Origin: Gemmatimonadota bacterium
GTDB lineage: Bacteria > Gemmatimonadota > Gemmatimonadetes > Gemmatimonadales > Gemmatimonadaceae
Direction: 5' to 3'
DNA length: 43,960 nt
NCBI GenBank assembly: GCA_031372565.1
Contig: JANMLN010000021.1
Span: 1-43,960, forward strand
Shown here in pieces: positions 20,148 to 30,982 of the stretch. Every line of letters begins with the position of its first letter. The first letter of the stretch is position 1. The notes beneath the pieces were generated by a model, which was not told where the DNA came from, searched no databases, and saw only the letters and a list, made by a program, of their open reading frames with translations. The position numbers and the translations under genes are program-made.

Positions 20148-21308
20148 ATGCGCATGCTCGTTCTCGGCGCGGGCCTCCAAGGCTCCGCCTGTGCCTTCGA
20201 CCTCCTTCGGACCCCCGACGTCACCGAGGTCGTCATCGCGGACAAGGTCACCGGTCACCTGCCGCCGTTTCTCACCCCCTTCATTGGCGGGCGCCTCCGC
20301 ACCATCACGCTCGATGTGCGCGATCATGCCGCGGTCGTGGCCGCGATGCAGGGCTGTGCGGCGGTCATGAGTGCCATCCCGTACTACTTCAATCTCGACC
20401 TGGCGCGCGCGGCCGTCGAAGCCGGTGTGCACTTCAGCGATCTGGGCGGCAATACCGAGATCGTCTTCCAGCAACAGAAGCTCCACGACGAAGCCAAGCG
20501 AAAGGGGGTCTCGGTGATTCCCGATTGCGGCGTCGCACCGGGGATGGTCAACATCCTCGCGGAGATGGGGATCGAGGCGATGGATACCGTCGACGCCGTG
20601 CGCATCTTCGTCGGTGGACTGCCGCAGCAGCCGCAGCCGCCGCTCAACTACCAGATCGTGTACTCGCTCGAAGGGGTGCTCGACTACTACACGACGCTCT
20701 CGTGGGTGCTGCGCGGCGGCAAGCGCACGCAGGTGACGGCGCTCTCCGAACTGGTCACGGTCGATTTCCCCGCGCCGCTCGGCGCGCTCGAGGCATTCCA
20801 CACGGCTGGTGGCTTGTCGACGATGGCCTTCCGCTACGAAGGCAAGATTCCCGTCATGGAGTACAAGACGCTGCGCTATCCCGGCCATGCGGAGCTGATG
20901 TCATCCATCCGCGCGCTTGGCTTGCTCGATCTCGAGACGGTGACCACCAAGGACGGCGTGAGCGTTGCGCCACGCGACGTGTTCGTGGCCACCGTGGGTC
21001 CGAAGCTCACCAAGACCAACTCGCCGGACGTCGTCGCGCTTCGCGTGGTGGTGGAAGGCCGCAAGCGCGGCGTGCCCTCGACCTGGACGCGCGAGTTGAT
21101 CGACCATGCCGACACCAGCAACGGCGTGAGCGCGATGATGCGCTGCACCGGCTACTCGCTCGCGATCACGGGCCTCTTCCAGGCCACGGGCAAGGTGCGC
21201 GCGCTCGGCGTGCACACCCCCGACGAAACGATGCCCGGCGACTTGTATGTCCAGGCGTTGGCGGCGCGCGGCGTGCGCATTCAGGACATGGCCGCCGTCC
21301 CGGCGTGA
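20148..21308 (+). CDS. Saccharopine dehydrogenase / lysine 6-dehydrogenase family protein
   Basis: Rossmann VLGAGLQG, DLGGN, DCGVAPG, VGGLPQ, EAFHTAGG, YKTLRYPGH and SAMMRCTG. Confidence 0.9.
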   Translation: MRMLVLGAGLQGSACAFDLLRTPDVTEVVIADKVTGHLPPFLTPFIGGRLRTITLDVRDHAAVVAAMQGCAAVMSAIPYYFNLDLARAAVEAGVHFSDLGGNTEIVFQQQKLHDEAKRKGVSVIPDCGVAPGMVNILAEMGIEAMDTVDAVRIFVGGLPQQPQPPLNYQIVYSLEGVLDYYTTLSWVLRGGKRTQVTALSELVTVDFPAPLGALEAFHTAGGLSTMAFRYEGKIPVMEYKTLRYPGHAELMSSIRALGLLDLETVTTKDGVSVAPRDVFVATVGPKLTKTNSPDVVALRVVVEGRKRGVPSTWTRELIDHADTSNGVSAMMRCTGYSLAITGLFQATGKVRALGVHTPDETMPGDLYVQALAARGVRIQDMAAVPA

Positions 21309-21375
21309 CGTCCGACCACCGGCCGGCCCTGCGGTGCGCGCACGGCCGGTCTCACTCGATGGAGCTCGTTCCGGA

Positions 21376-23403
21376 ATGTATGCGACGCTGACTCACTTCG
21401 CGCGGTCCATCGGCTTGGCCGCGGCCCTGCTCACGATCACGGCGCAGGCACACGCGCAGGGCGCTCGCCGCCCGCTCGTACCCGGCGACATCTACCGGAT
21501 CAAGAACGTGAGCGATCCGCAGGTCGCGCCGGACGGCGACTGGGTGGCGTACACCGTCTCGACCGCCGACTCGGCATCGAACAAGAACGACAGCGATGTC
21601 TGGATGGTGAAGTGGGACGGCTCGCGGCAGGTCCGGCTCACGTCGACCGCCGAGAGTGAATCGCGGCCGCGCTGGAGCCCTGACGGGAAGTATCTCGCGT
21701 TCACGTCGGCTCGGCAGGGGGCCAAGGGCGGTCAGGTATGGCTCCTCGATCGCGCAGGTGGCGAAGCGGTCAAGCTCACCAACGTGAAGGGCGGTGTCGG
21801 CGACTACGCGTGGAGTCCCGACGCGAAGTCGCTGGCGCTCGTGCTCACCGACCTCGACCCCGACGATGCCGACACGACCAAGAAGGACGTGCTCAAGCCG
21901 ATTGTGGTGGATCGCTACACCTTCAAGCGCGACGTCGACGGTTACCTGAACGATCGCCGAGCGCATTTGTACTTGTACGACATCGCGAGCAAGAAGCTCG
22001 ACACGCTCACCCGCGGCGCGTGGGATGATGAGCGCCCGATCTGGTCGCCGGACGGCAGCAAGCTGCTCTTCATGAGCAACCGGCGTCCGGAAGGGGACAG
22101 GATCGACCAGCGTGACATCTGGGTGATTGACGCGAAGCGCGGCGCCACGCCGCGGCAGCTCACGACGTTCGACGGACGAGACGTGCTCGCGGGTCGCGGG
22201 AGCTGGAGCCCCGACGGGAAGCAGGTGGCGTATCTCACTGGCACCGACGTGGGTTCGCTCGCCTACGACCAGTATCGGTTGGCCGTGGTGTCGATCGATG
22301 CGGGCACGCCGCGCGTCCTGACGGCTGCGCTCGATCGCGGCGTGTCGCAGCCGGCGTGGAGCGCAGACGGCCGGTCCATCCAACTGCTGGTGACCGACGA
22401 CCGCGAGCAGTACGTGGCGCGCGTCGATGCGTCGAGCGGCACCGTTACGCGGCTGACCAGGGAACGCAACGTCATCAGCACGCTCGCGCCGGGCCCGAAC
22501 GGACGCTGGGCCGTGCTCGCGAGCGATCCTGCGACGCCGAACGAGGTGTACGCGCTCGAGAACGGTGCGCTGCGTCGCTTGACGACGCACAACGACGCCT
22601 TCATGGCGACGATCCAGCTCGGACGCGTCGAGGGGTTCAGCAGCAAGGGGAAGGACGGCGCCGAGACGCGCAACGTGCTCATTCGCCCACCGGGCCAGGA
22701 GTCGGCGCGCGGGCTGCCGACCGTCTTCTTCATTCACGGCGGCCCCAAGGCGCAGGACGGCTATGGCTTCGATCTGGGGCGGCAGATGATCGCCGCCAAG
22801 GGAATGGCGGTCGTCGGCGTGAACTATCGCGGCTCCGACGGGCGCGGTCATGCGTGGCAGCGTGCGATCTACGCCGACTGGGGGAACAAGGAAGTCGTCG
22901 ACATTCTGGGCGCGTCCGACGAAGCGGTGCGCATGGGCGTGGCCGATCCTGCGCGGTTGGGGATTGGCGGGTGGAGCTACGGCGGCATCCTGACCGACTA
23001 CACCACGGCCACCGACACGCGGTTCAAGGCGGCCTCGAGTGGCGCGGGGAGCGCGCTGCAGCTCTCGATGTACGGCACTGACCAGTACATCGTGCAGTAC
23101 GAGAACGAACTGGGCAGCCCGTGGAAGAACCCGCAGCTCTGGATCAAGCTGAGCTATCCGTTCTTCAAGGCGGACAAGATCAAGACGCCGACGCTCTACA
23201 TGTCGGGCGAGAAGGACTTCAACGTGCCGACCTCGGGCAGCGAGCAGATGTACCAGGCGCTCAAGGTGCTTGGCGTGGAGACGCAGCTGATCGTGTATCC
23301 GGGACAGTTCCACGGGATCACGACGCCAAGCTTCGTGGTGGACCGGTACGAGCGGTGGCAGCAGTGGTTCGGGGCGCGGCTGACCGTCGGGGTGCAGCCG
23401 TAG
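21376..23403 (+). CDS. S9C acylaminoacyl-peptidase-like serine peptidase, exported
   Basis: Signal peptide, repeated WSPDG motifs, IHGGP, NYRGS, GGWSYGG, GEKDFNVP and YPGQFHG. Confidence 0.93.
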   Translation: MYATLTHFARSIGLAAALLTITAQAHAQGARRPLVPGDIYRIKNVSDPQVAPDGDWVAYTVSTADSASNKNDSDVWMVKWDGSRQVRLTSTAESESRPRWSPDGKYLAFTSARQGAKGGQVWLLDRAGGEAVKLTNVKGGVGDYAWSPDAKSLALVLTDLDPDDADTTKKDVLKPIVVDRYTFKRDVDGYLNDRRAHLYLYDIASKKLDTLTRGAWDDERPIWSPDGSKLLFMSNRRPEGDRIDQRDIWVIDAKRGATPRQLTTFDGRDVLAGRGSWSPDGKQVAYLTGTDVGSLAYDQYRLAVVSIDAGTPRVLTAALDRGVSQPAWSADGRSIQLLVTDDREQYVARVDASSGTVTRLTRERNVISTLAPGPNGRWAVLASDPATPNEVYALENGALRRLTTHNDAFMATIQLGRVEGFSSKGKDGAETRNVLIRPPGQESARGLPTVFFIHGGPKAQDGYGFDLGRQMIAAKGMAVVGVNYRGSDGRGHAWQRAIYADWGNKEVVDILGASDEAVRMGVADPARLGIGGWSYGGILTDYTTATDTRFKAASSGAGSALQLSMYGTDQYIVQYENELGSPWKNPQLWIKLSYPFFKADKIKTPTLYMSGEKDFNVPTSGSEQMYQALKVLGVETQLIVYPGQFHGITTPSFVVDRYERWQQWFGARLTVGVQP

Positions 23404-23529
23404 GGGCTGCGGTCGACCAGCCCCGACCCGACCCGACCCGTCTGGCACTCTCCGCCCGAAGCGGTGTATCATCCAAGTGCGGCTGGGGGTCGGCTCCCCC
23501 GGCTGCAGCGGATCGACGGAGAGTGTCCC

Positions 23530-24288
23530 ATGCACAGACGCTTCACGACCCTGTTGGCAGCGCTTCCTCTCGCGATGGCCGCGATCGCGGCTGAGTCGCG
23601 CGCGCAGAGCAGCTCCGGCAACGGCTACCTCCTCGGCGCCCCCGGCGGCTCCTTCACCGTTCGCCTGGGCTACGCGCAACCGCGCGCGGGCAGCGACCTG
23701 TTCAGCACCACCACCAGCCTGCTCTCGCTCTCCAAGCGCGACTTTGCGGGGTTTGAAGTCGGTGCCGATATCGGCGTGGTGCAGGGAGACCGCTGGGAGT
23801 GGCTCGTCTCGGCCGATCTCTCGACCCGCAGCGCCGATTCAGACTATCGCGACTACATCGGCAGCGATGGCAAGCCGATCAACCAGTCGACCACGTTTGT
23901 GCGTGTTCCCGTTCTGGTCGGCGGTCGATTCTGGTTGCGACGGCCCGGCACGCGCGTGGGCTCGCTCGCGTGGGTGCCCACGAGTTGGTCGCCCTTTGTG
24001 CAGCTGCAAGGGGGGGCGATGTGGTACGAGTTCCATCAGACCGGAGAGTTCGTGAACTTCAGCGCAGGGAACTCGGTCTTCCAGGGTGTGCTGACCTCCA
24101 GCGGGTGGGCAGCCACCGCGGCTGTCGCGGCGGGGGTGTCCATCAACCTGTCGCCCAGCTTTGCGCTCCTGACGCAGGCGCGCTACGTGAGCGCCAACAA
24201 GGCACTCGGCGACGCTTTTGCGGGCTTTCAGCCAATCGATCTTTCCGGCCTGTCAGTAACGGCAGGGTTCACCTTCCGGATCCACTGA
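23530..24288 (+). CDS. Putative outer-membrane beta-barrel protein
   Basis: Signal peptide, alternating amphipathic beta pattern and C-terminal LSGLSVTAGFTFRIH. Confidence 0.7.
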   Translation: MHRRFTTLLAALPLAMAAIAAESRAQSSSGNGYLLGAPGGSFTVRLGYAQPRAGSDLFSTTTSLLSLSKRDFAGFEVGADIGVVQGDRWEWLVSADLSTRSADSDYRDYIGSDGKPINQSTTFVRVPVLVGGRFWLRRPGTRVGSLAWVPTSWSPFVQLQGGAMWYEFHQTGEFVNFSAGNSVFQGVLTSSGWAATAAVAAGVSINLSPSFALLTQARYVSANKALGDAFAGFQPIDLSGLSVTAGFTFRIH

Positions 24289-24295
24289 GGACTTC

Positions 24296-25669
24296 GTGAT
24301 GCGCATCGGAACGTTCAGCTTTGCGATGGTGGCGGCGGTCGTCGCGGCGTCGCACGCTCACGCGCAGGAACGCTTTGCGGGCGCAGGATGGGCCGCGTAC
24401 TACGGCTGCTGGGCACCGGGCGATCCCGCATCGGTCGTGATTGATGCGCCCGCCGTCTCGGTGCAGGGGGCGCTTGTGAGCCCCGCCCCGATGGCATCTG
24501 CCTCATCGGCGGCAACGCTGCGCTGCGTGCTGCCCGGCAGCACCGACGATCGTGTCACGATGCTCACCGTGCTGAACGGCGCCGTCATCGACCGGCAAGA
24601 GGTGGTCGCCGATGGATCGGACCATGCGGTCGATCGTGCCGGATGCGTGGGGAGCGAGCGCGCCACATGGACGGGCGGCGGCGCGCGACTCGTCATCACG
24701 GGCGAGCTCCGTTGCTCCGGCGGTGCGGCTGCCGTCACAACGACGCTGCTGGACGTGACCTCGCCATCGTCGTGGGTGCAGATCTCGAGCATCCGGTCGG
24801 GGCGCAACGTGGAGGCGCGCCCGCAGTGGTATCGGCGAGTGGCGCCGGATACGTCGTGGACCGGCGTGCAGAGTGCACTCGCCAATACGGACAAGGCGGG
24901 CGAGATCGCGCGCGTTGCGGCACTCTCCGATCCGGACGCGCGTGAAGTAGTGCGGCTGGCCACGACGGCCGACGACGCACTCGTGCGTGCCTGGCTCGTG
25001 TCGCGCGCCGCCGCGGGGCGTCGCACCCTGCCGGTCACGGGAGCGGTGCTCCTCGGGCTCGCCGATGCGGGGGTCAGCGGCACCATCACGGATGTCCTCG
25101 TGGCGCTCGCCCACCCGGACGAGTTCGACCTCGTCGACGGCGACGTGCGCGCGGCTGCAGCTCCTGTCGCTGGTGGTGGCACCAACGGCGGTCGGATGCG
25201 CCGCTCCGGTTACTCGTGGCTGAACGACCCGATATGCGGCGCTGGCGCGGGAGCGTTCGCGTGGGGCATCTATGATCCGATGTTCGGCGGCTTCTACCCA
25301 GGGCCGGCGTTCGGCAACTGTGGCGCGTATGGCTTCAACTCCCTTGGAGGCGGCTGGGGGTCGGGACTCGCCTACGGCTATCCGTACGGCTCACCCTTCC
25401 TAGGCTACGGCGGGGGCTTCGGGGGCGGCGGTTGGTTCTGGCGCCCGGTGGGTAACATCACGCCGTTTCCGCGCGTTGACACACGCGCGACGCTGACCAG
25501 GGGTGGCGGCTACTCGCCTGCGGGCGGTTCGGCCGGAAGTGGGCGCACGGCCAGCGGCACCAGCGGTGGTTCCACCGCAAACGCCACGGGCAGAAGCGGC
25601 GGATCGACATCCGCGCCGGCACCCGCATCGGGCTCGAGCGGCGGACGCACCGCGGTCAGGAAGCCGTAG
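24296..25669 (+). CDS. Exported hypothetical protein with Cys-containing N-domain and Gly/Tyr- and Gly/Ser-rich tail
   Basis: Starts 7 nt after the barrel gene (GTG 24296 or ATG 24299). Signal peptide ends AHA-Q; the C-terminus is low complexity. Confidence 0.7.
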   Translation: MMRIGTFSFAMVAAVVAASHAHAQERFAGAGWAAYYGCWAPGDPASVVIDAPAVSVQGALVSPAPMASASSAATLRCVLPGSTDDRVTMLTVLNGAVIDRQEVVADGSDHAVDRAGCVGSERATWTGGGARLVITGELRCSGGAAAVTTTLLDVTSPSSWVQISSIRSGRNVEARPQWYRRVAPDTSWTGVQSALANTDKAGEIARVAALSDPDAREVVRLATTADDALVRAWLVSRAAAGRRTLPVTGAVLLGLADAGVSGTITDVLVALAHPDEFDLVDGDVRAAAAPVAGGGTNGGRMRRSGYSWLNDPICGAGAGAFAWGIYDPMFGGFYPGPAFGNCGAYGFNSLGGGWGSGLAYGYPYGSPFLGYGGGFGGGGWFWRPVGNITPFPRVDTRATLTRGGGYSPAGGSAGSGRTASGTSGGSTANATGRSGGSTSAPAPASGSSGGRTAVRKP

Positions 25670-25690
25670 CACGCACGAGCTCGCGCGCGC

Positions 25691-27325
25691 CTACTCCCGC
25701 GTGAACGCCGCCAGCGTCGCGCCCACACGATCGATCCGGTCCTTGGCCCGCCAGCGGTCGCGCCCGTTGTAGACCATCGCGAACGCGAGCAGCTCGCCGT
25801 TCTTCGCGGTCACGTAGCCGGCCAGCGAGATCACGTCGTTCGTCGTCCCGGTCTTGGCATGCAGGTTGCCCTGCGCGGGGGTGAAGCGCATCCGGTGCCG
25901 CAGCGTTTCGCTCTCGCCTGCCACGGGTAGCGACGCGTGATACTCCGGGCTCCACGTCGCCCTGTGGCCGTAGGCCAGCAGCTTCACGAGCGAGCGCGCG
26001 GTCACGCGATCGAGCGTGGAGAGTCCGCTTCCATCCGATGCGTGCACGGCGCCAGAGTCGACGCCCACCTTGCCCGACAGGAAGCGCTCGAGCGCGTTGT
26101 TGGCGGCGACCGCATTCCCGACACTCGCGCGCTGCGGTCCACGCGCCGAATTCCGGAACAGCAGCTCGGCAAACAGGTTGATGCTCTCGCCGTTCATGGC
26201 GGCAACGATGTCCTTGAGCGGTGGCGATGGCAGCATCGCGATGCGCGGCGCGATGGGCGATCCGCGCCCCGTTCGCACCTTCCCCGCCACGTCGATGCCC
26301 AGCGCCTCGAGCTGCGCGTGCAAGGCACCGGCGGCAAAGAGTGCGGGGTCTTCGACCACGAGCGACCAGCGACGCTCATGCGCGTTGGCGCCGATCGTCC
26401 CCTTCACCTTGATGCTGCCGTCGGGGCGCCGCCACGCGGAAATGCGCCCGCCGCGGCCCGGGACCACGCGCACCTCGCTCTCGATGGGGAGGCCCGCCGT
26501 CACCGGATCGGTCGTCACGATCGCGCCCTTGACCCCCGGTTGCACGACGATCCAGATCAGGTTCTCGTTGAGCGAGAGCGCCGACACGCGTGCGGCATAC
26601 GACGCGCCGAGGTAGCGCTTGCGCCACCCTTCGGGAATGCGCGCGTCATCGAAGGCCGATCCGTCGGCGATCACGTCGCCGGTCACGCGCTTGATTCCGG
26701 CCGCTGCGACCTCGCGGGCGAGGCGTTGCATCGGATCACCGGGAGCGCCGCCCAGCAAGCGCGGTGAGATGCTCGGGTCGCCATCGCCGCGGAGCACCAG
26801 GTTGCCGCGCAGCGTGCCGTCGGCCGCGAGCACGCCGTCGCGCAGCACCTCGGTGCTGAACCGGTGCTGCGGTCCCAGCGTTTCGAGTGCGAGTGCGCTG
26901 GTGAACAGCTTCATCGTGCTTGCCGGCAAGAGCCTCGCGCCTGCCAGGTGCGAAAACAGGGTATCACCGCGGCTGAGCGAGACGACCATCGCGCCCCACC
27001 CACCCTTGACCGGGCCAGGCAGTGTGGCAACGAGTGCCTCGCTCAGCGCGCTCGCGCCAACGGTGGTGCTCCATGCACCCGTGGCGGGAACGGGGCGAGG
27101 GGCGCGCGTGGCGGCCTTGCGGCGCGTGCGCGGTGTGGCTGCGCGCTTCTTGGCGGCAGCGGTGCGCTTCTTCGCTGCGGATGCAGGCGGACGATCACCG
27201 CGCGGGCTCGGCGTCGGTGCGGTGGCCAGCACCTCGCGCGGCGACTCCTGCGCACGCGACGCGCGCGGGAGCGCGGACGCGAGGCAACCGACGATGGCAA
27301 GCGTGACAGCGAGCGGCCGGATCAA
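25691..27325 (-). CDS. dacB: D-alanyl-D-alanine carboxypeptidase/endopeptidase (PBP4, peptidase S13)
   Basis: PASTMK (SxxK), GDGDP, ESIN (SxN), DGSGLS and AKTGT (KTG). TTG start inferred, overlapping the upstream stop. Confidence 0.93.
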   Translation of the reverse strand: MIRPLAVTLAIVGCLASALPRASRAQESPREVLATAPTPSPRGDRPPASAAKKRTAAAKKRAATPRTRRKAATRAPRPVPATGAWSTTVGASALSEALVATLPGPVKGGWGAMVVSLSRGDTLFSHLAGARLLPASTMKLFTSALALETLGPQHRFSTEVLRDGVLAADGTLRGNLVLRGDGDPSISPRLLGGAPGDPMQRLAREVAAAGIKRVTGDVIADGSAFDDARIPEGWRKRYLGASYAARVSALSLNENLIWIVVQPGVKGAIVTTDPVTAGLPIESEVRVVPGRGGRISAWRRPDGSIKVKGTIGANAHERRWSLVVEDPALFAAGALHAQLEALGIDVAGKVRTGRGSPIAPRIAMLPSPPLKDIVAAMNGESINLFAELLFRNSARGPQRASVGNAVAANNALERFLSGKVGVDSGAVHASDGSGLSTLDRVTARSLVKLLAYGHRATWSPEYHASLPVAGESETLRHRMRFTPAQGNLHAKTGTTNDVISLAGYVTAKNGELLAFAMVYNGRDRWRAKDRIDRVGATLAAFTRE

Positions 27326-28584
27326 ACTTTCAGGAACCACCGCTTGCGGTGAAAGACGGAGAGGATGCCGAACCACGTCAAGACGAACGTGGCCGCGAAC
27401 AGCAACGAGGCATCCTTGGCCGGCAACAGCGGCAGGAAGACGGACTCGAAGAGGACCTTCTGCACGGGCACGACCTTCCCATGCCACTCGGCCGTAAAGA
27501 TAGAGTAGATGCAGCGCGCCATGAGGCCCGATCCCACGAAGGCGAGAATGGGATTCATCCCGTACACCAGGAACGGTCCGCTCCACGCCCTGATCTCGAG
27601 CTCCTCGATCAGCCACATGCACGTGGCCAGCGACATCGACGCCATCCCCGACATGAACACCACATAGCTCGGCGTCCACAGGTTCTTGTTGATCGGCAGC
27701 GACCAGTGCCAGCAGAGGCCGATCACCGCGGCCATCGCGCCGGCGCCGAACAACCCGGCGACACGTTCGATGAGCATCCGCTCACGGCTCGCGATCCAGC
27801 GCCCCGCGAGCACGCCGGTGATGACGCTGGCAATCGCCCCCAGCGTCGAGAGCACCCCCTCGGGATCATAGGACTTGGTGCCCGCGTAGATGTGATTCGC
27901 GCCAAGCACGAGCTGGTCGAGCCAGGCTTGGAGCGTGAGCGCGCCCACGTCGATCTCGCCCGTGATGCCGGTGCCGGGCACGGGCACGAGGGTGAGCAGC
28001 GCCCAGTAGCCGAACAGGAGCGCGACCAGGAGCCCCACCGTGCGCTTGAGCGGCGCCTGCAGCGTGAGCAGTCCCGCGATCAGGTACGCCCAGCCGATGC
28101 GCTGCAGCACTCCCATGACGCGCAGGTGCTCGACGCGCCAGATGATGCGGTCCCACGCACTCGGGCTCGCATTGCCGGGGATCGCGTTCCACTGGAAGAA
28201 CGGGAAGGCGCTGAGCGCCATGCCGATGAGCACGATCGTGAGGCCGCGGCGCACGACCTGCGTGCGAAGCGCGGTCATGCTGTCGCCCCGCGCGGCGCGT
28301 TCGCTGAGCGACAGATGCGTCGTGATGCCGACGATGAACAGGAAGAACGGGAAGATCAGGTCGGTCGGTGTCCAGCCGTGCCACGGCGCATGCTCGAGCG
28401 GCTCATGGATGGCGGCCCACGTGCCCGGATTGTTCACGAGCAGCATCCCGGCCACGGTCATGCCGCGGAAGACGTCCAGCGACTTGAGGCGTTCGCGCGC
28501 GCGTGGCGCGGGGGCGGCGGACGCGTCCGGTTCACCCGCATCGCGCGCGGGGGCCGTGACTGGGGGACGGAGGGTGGTGGCCAT
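27322..28584 (-). CDS. Heparan-alpha-glucosaminide N-acetyltransferase-like membrane protein (NagX/DUF5009-like)
   Basis: RLKSLDVFRG, MLLVNNPG, HAPWHG.TPTDLIFPFFLF, GVLQRI, DPEG and PINKNLWTPSY. Confidence 0.9.
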   Translation of the reverse strand: MATTLRPPVTAPARDAGEPDASAAPAPRARERLKSLDVFRGMTVAGMLLVNNPGTWAAIHEPLEHAPWHGWTPTDLIFPFFLFIVGITTHLSLSERAARGDSMTALRTQVVRRGLTIVLIGMALSAFPFFQWNAIPGNASPSAWDRIIWRVEHLRVMGVLQRIGWAYLIAGLLTLQAPLKRTVGLLVALLFGYWALLTLVPVPGTGITGEIDVGALTLQAWLDQLVLGANHIYAGTKSYDPEGVLSTLGAIASVITGVLAGRWIASRERMLIERVAGLFGAGAMAAVIGLCWHWSLPINKNLWTPSYVVFMSGMASMSLATCMWLIEELEIRAWSGPFLVYGMNPILAFVGSGLMARCIYSIFTAEWHGKVVPVQKVLFESVFLPLLPAKDASLLFAATFVLTWFGILSVFHRKRWFLKV

Positions 28585-28668
28585 GCTCCCTATACGTACT
28601 CGCCTCCCGGAGGGCTGTCGAGGCCAATGCGCTTCCAGCGTGCGCCAGTGCCGCTAGCTTTCGCCCCC

Positions 28669-29696
<1,028 letters not shown>

Positions 29697-29697
<1 letters not shown>

Positions 29698-29767
29698 TCG
29701 TCTTGAGCGCAGCGAAAGACCTGCTTGTGGTGTTGTGAAGGAAGGAAGCAGGTCTTTCGCTGCGCTC
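29697..29767. repeat. Inverted pair of REP-like elements (22-bp perfect stem, 19-nt loop)
   Basis: gagcgcagcgaaagacctgctt (29705-29726) pairs with aagcaggtctttcgctgcgctc (29746-29767). Confidence 0.9.
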
Positions 29768-29878
29768 CGCTCGACAAACAGGCGTTTGTCGCATTAAGAC
29801 ATTGCCGGACCCGCCCGAATGGACGGGGCGCGCGCGCGGAGCTTTCTTAGCGTAGTGGTTCCCCCGAGGAGGCTACGC

Positions 29879-30373
29879 ATGGACGCGAAAGGTTCGTGGA
29901 TACGGGAAGGCGCGATTGCCGGGATCATCGGTGCCGGCGCGGTCGCGATCTGGTTCCTCGTTGTCGACTTGGCCGCCGGGCACGCGCTCGCCACGCCCGC
30001 GTTGCTCGGACACGCACTTTTCTCGTTCTTCGGGCCGACGACGGGCGAGAGCGACATGCTGCACGTGGCGGGCTACTCCGTCTTCCATGTGCTCGCCTTC
30101 ATTGGCTTGGGGCTCGGCGCTTCTGCCATGATTCAGGCCTCGCGCAAGGCACCCGCCGCCCTGGCCGGCCTCTTCATCCTGTTCGTCGTCTTTCAGGTCG
30201 CGTTCTACGGCGTGACCGCGGCGCTCTCGATGAACGAGCTGCTTGGCGGCATGGCCTGGTGGTCGATTGGTGTCGCCAACCTGTTGGCGGCCGTCGCGAT
30301 GGGGCGCTACCTGTACCGTGAACACCCGGAGTTGCGCCACACGATGGACATGGCGCTCAACGGGCAGGAGTAG
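29879..30373 (+). CDS. Hypothetical four-TM membrane protein
   Basis: GAGGAGG upstream of ATG 29879 and four hydrophobic segments. Confidence 0.8.
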   Translation: MDAKGSWIREGAIAGIIGAGAVAIWFLVVDLAAGHALATPALLGHALFSFFGPTTGESDMLHVAGYSVFHVLAFIGLGLGASAMIQASRKAPAALAGLFILFVVFQVAFYGVTAALSMNELLGGMAWWSIGVANLLAAVAMGRYLYREHPELRHTMDMALNGQE

Positions 30374-30460
30374 CGGAACTGGAGGGAGTGGAGGGAGGTC
30401 AACGGCACAGGCAACTGCCGTTAACCACAGAGGCTCAGAGGTCGCATGGAAACGCAGAAA

Positions 30461-30506
30461 AGCAGGGGCCCGCTCGCCATATCTGGTGAGCGGGCCCTTT
30501 GCTGTT
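30461..30506. terminator. Strong hairpin between convergent genes (likely bidirectional terminator)
   Basis: agcaggggcccgctcgcca-tatc-tggtgagcgggccctttgct with an A-run on the left and T-rich bases on the right. Confidence 0.65.
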
Positions 30507-30556
30507 CGCTTCGCGAGCGCTGTGCTTCTGTGGTGAAGACTATCGAGGTTCGATTG

Positions 30557-30628
30557 AAGCAGATCCTTCGCTGCGCTCAGGATGACGCGCGCTCAGGGCG
30601 ACGCGCGCTCTGGATGGCGCGCGCTCAG
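30557..30628 (+). repeat. REP-like element followed by degenerate 16-bp tandem copies of its right end
   Basis: aagcagatccttcgctgcgctcaggatgac, then gcgcgctcagggcgac, gcgcgctctggatggc and gcgcgctcag. Confidence 0.8.
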
Positions 30629-30972
30629 CCTCCACCCAACCGGATCGCGAGCTTCCCGAACAGGAACAGCAACCCGCCCACCGTCCCGATCGCGATCAAC
30701 AGCGGGCCCACGAACAGCGCCCGGAACAGCTTGTGGTCGTACTTGAGGTGCATGTAGAACATCACCACGATCACGAACTTGACCGCACTCATGATCAGCA
30801 GCGACGGCACGAACAGCTTGCTCGCGACGAACGACGGGATGTAATAAATCCAGACTTCGACGACGGTGATGATCAGCAGGACGAGCGCCACCTTCCAGTA
30901 GGTGGACCACTGCGGATGCTCGTGGGCCTCCTCGGCGTGCGCGTCCGCGGCGTGGGCGACTTCGTTGGCCAT
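30625..30972 (-). CDS. ctaF: Cytochrome c oxidase subunit IV (caa3-type)
   Basis: LLIITVVEV and KFVIVVMFYMHLKYD motifs. Last gene of the oxidase operon. Confidence 0.88.
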   Translation of the reverse strand: MANEVAHAADAHAEEAHEHPQWSTYWKVALVLLIITVVEVWIYYIPSFVASKLFVPSLLIMSAVKFVIVVMFYMHLKYDHKLFRALFVGPLLIAIGTVGGLLFLFGKLAIRLGGG

Positions 30973-30982
30973 GGTCGGCGAC

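Noticed and set aside
23421..23440. Short (cccga)n run after the S9 peptidase
   Set aside because: It has only about three to four units in GC-rich DNA, with no evidence of function.
27349..28668. Apparent 440-aa N-terminal extension of the DHS-like ORF
   Set aside because: It is antisense to the HGSNAT-like gene, and family similarity begins only after ~28669.
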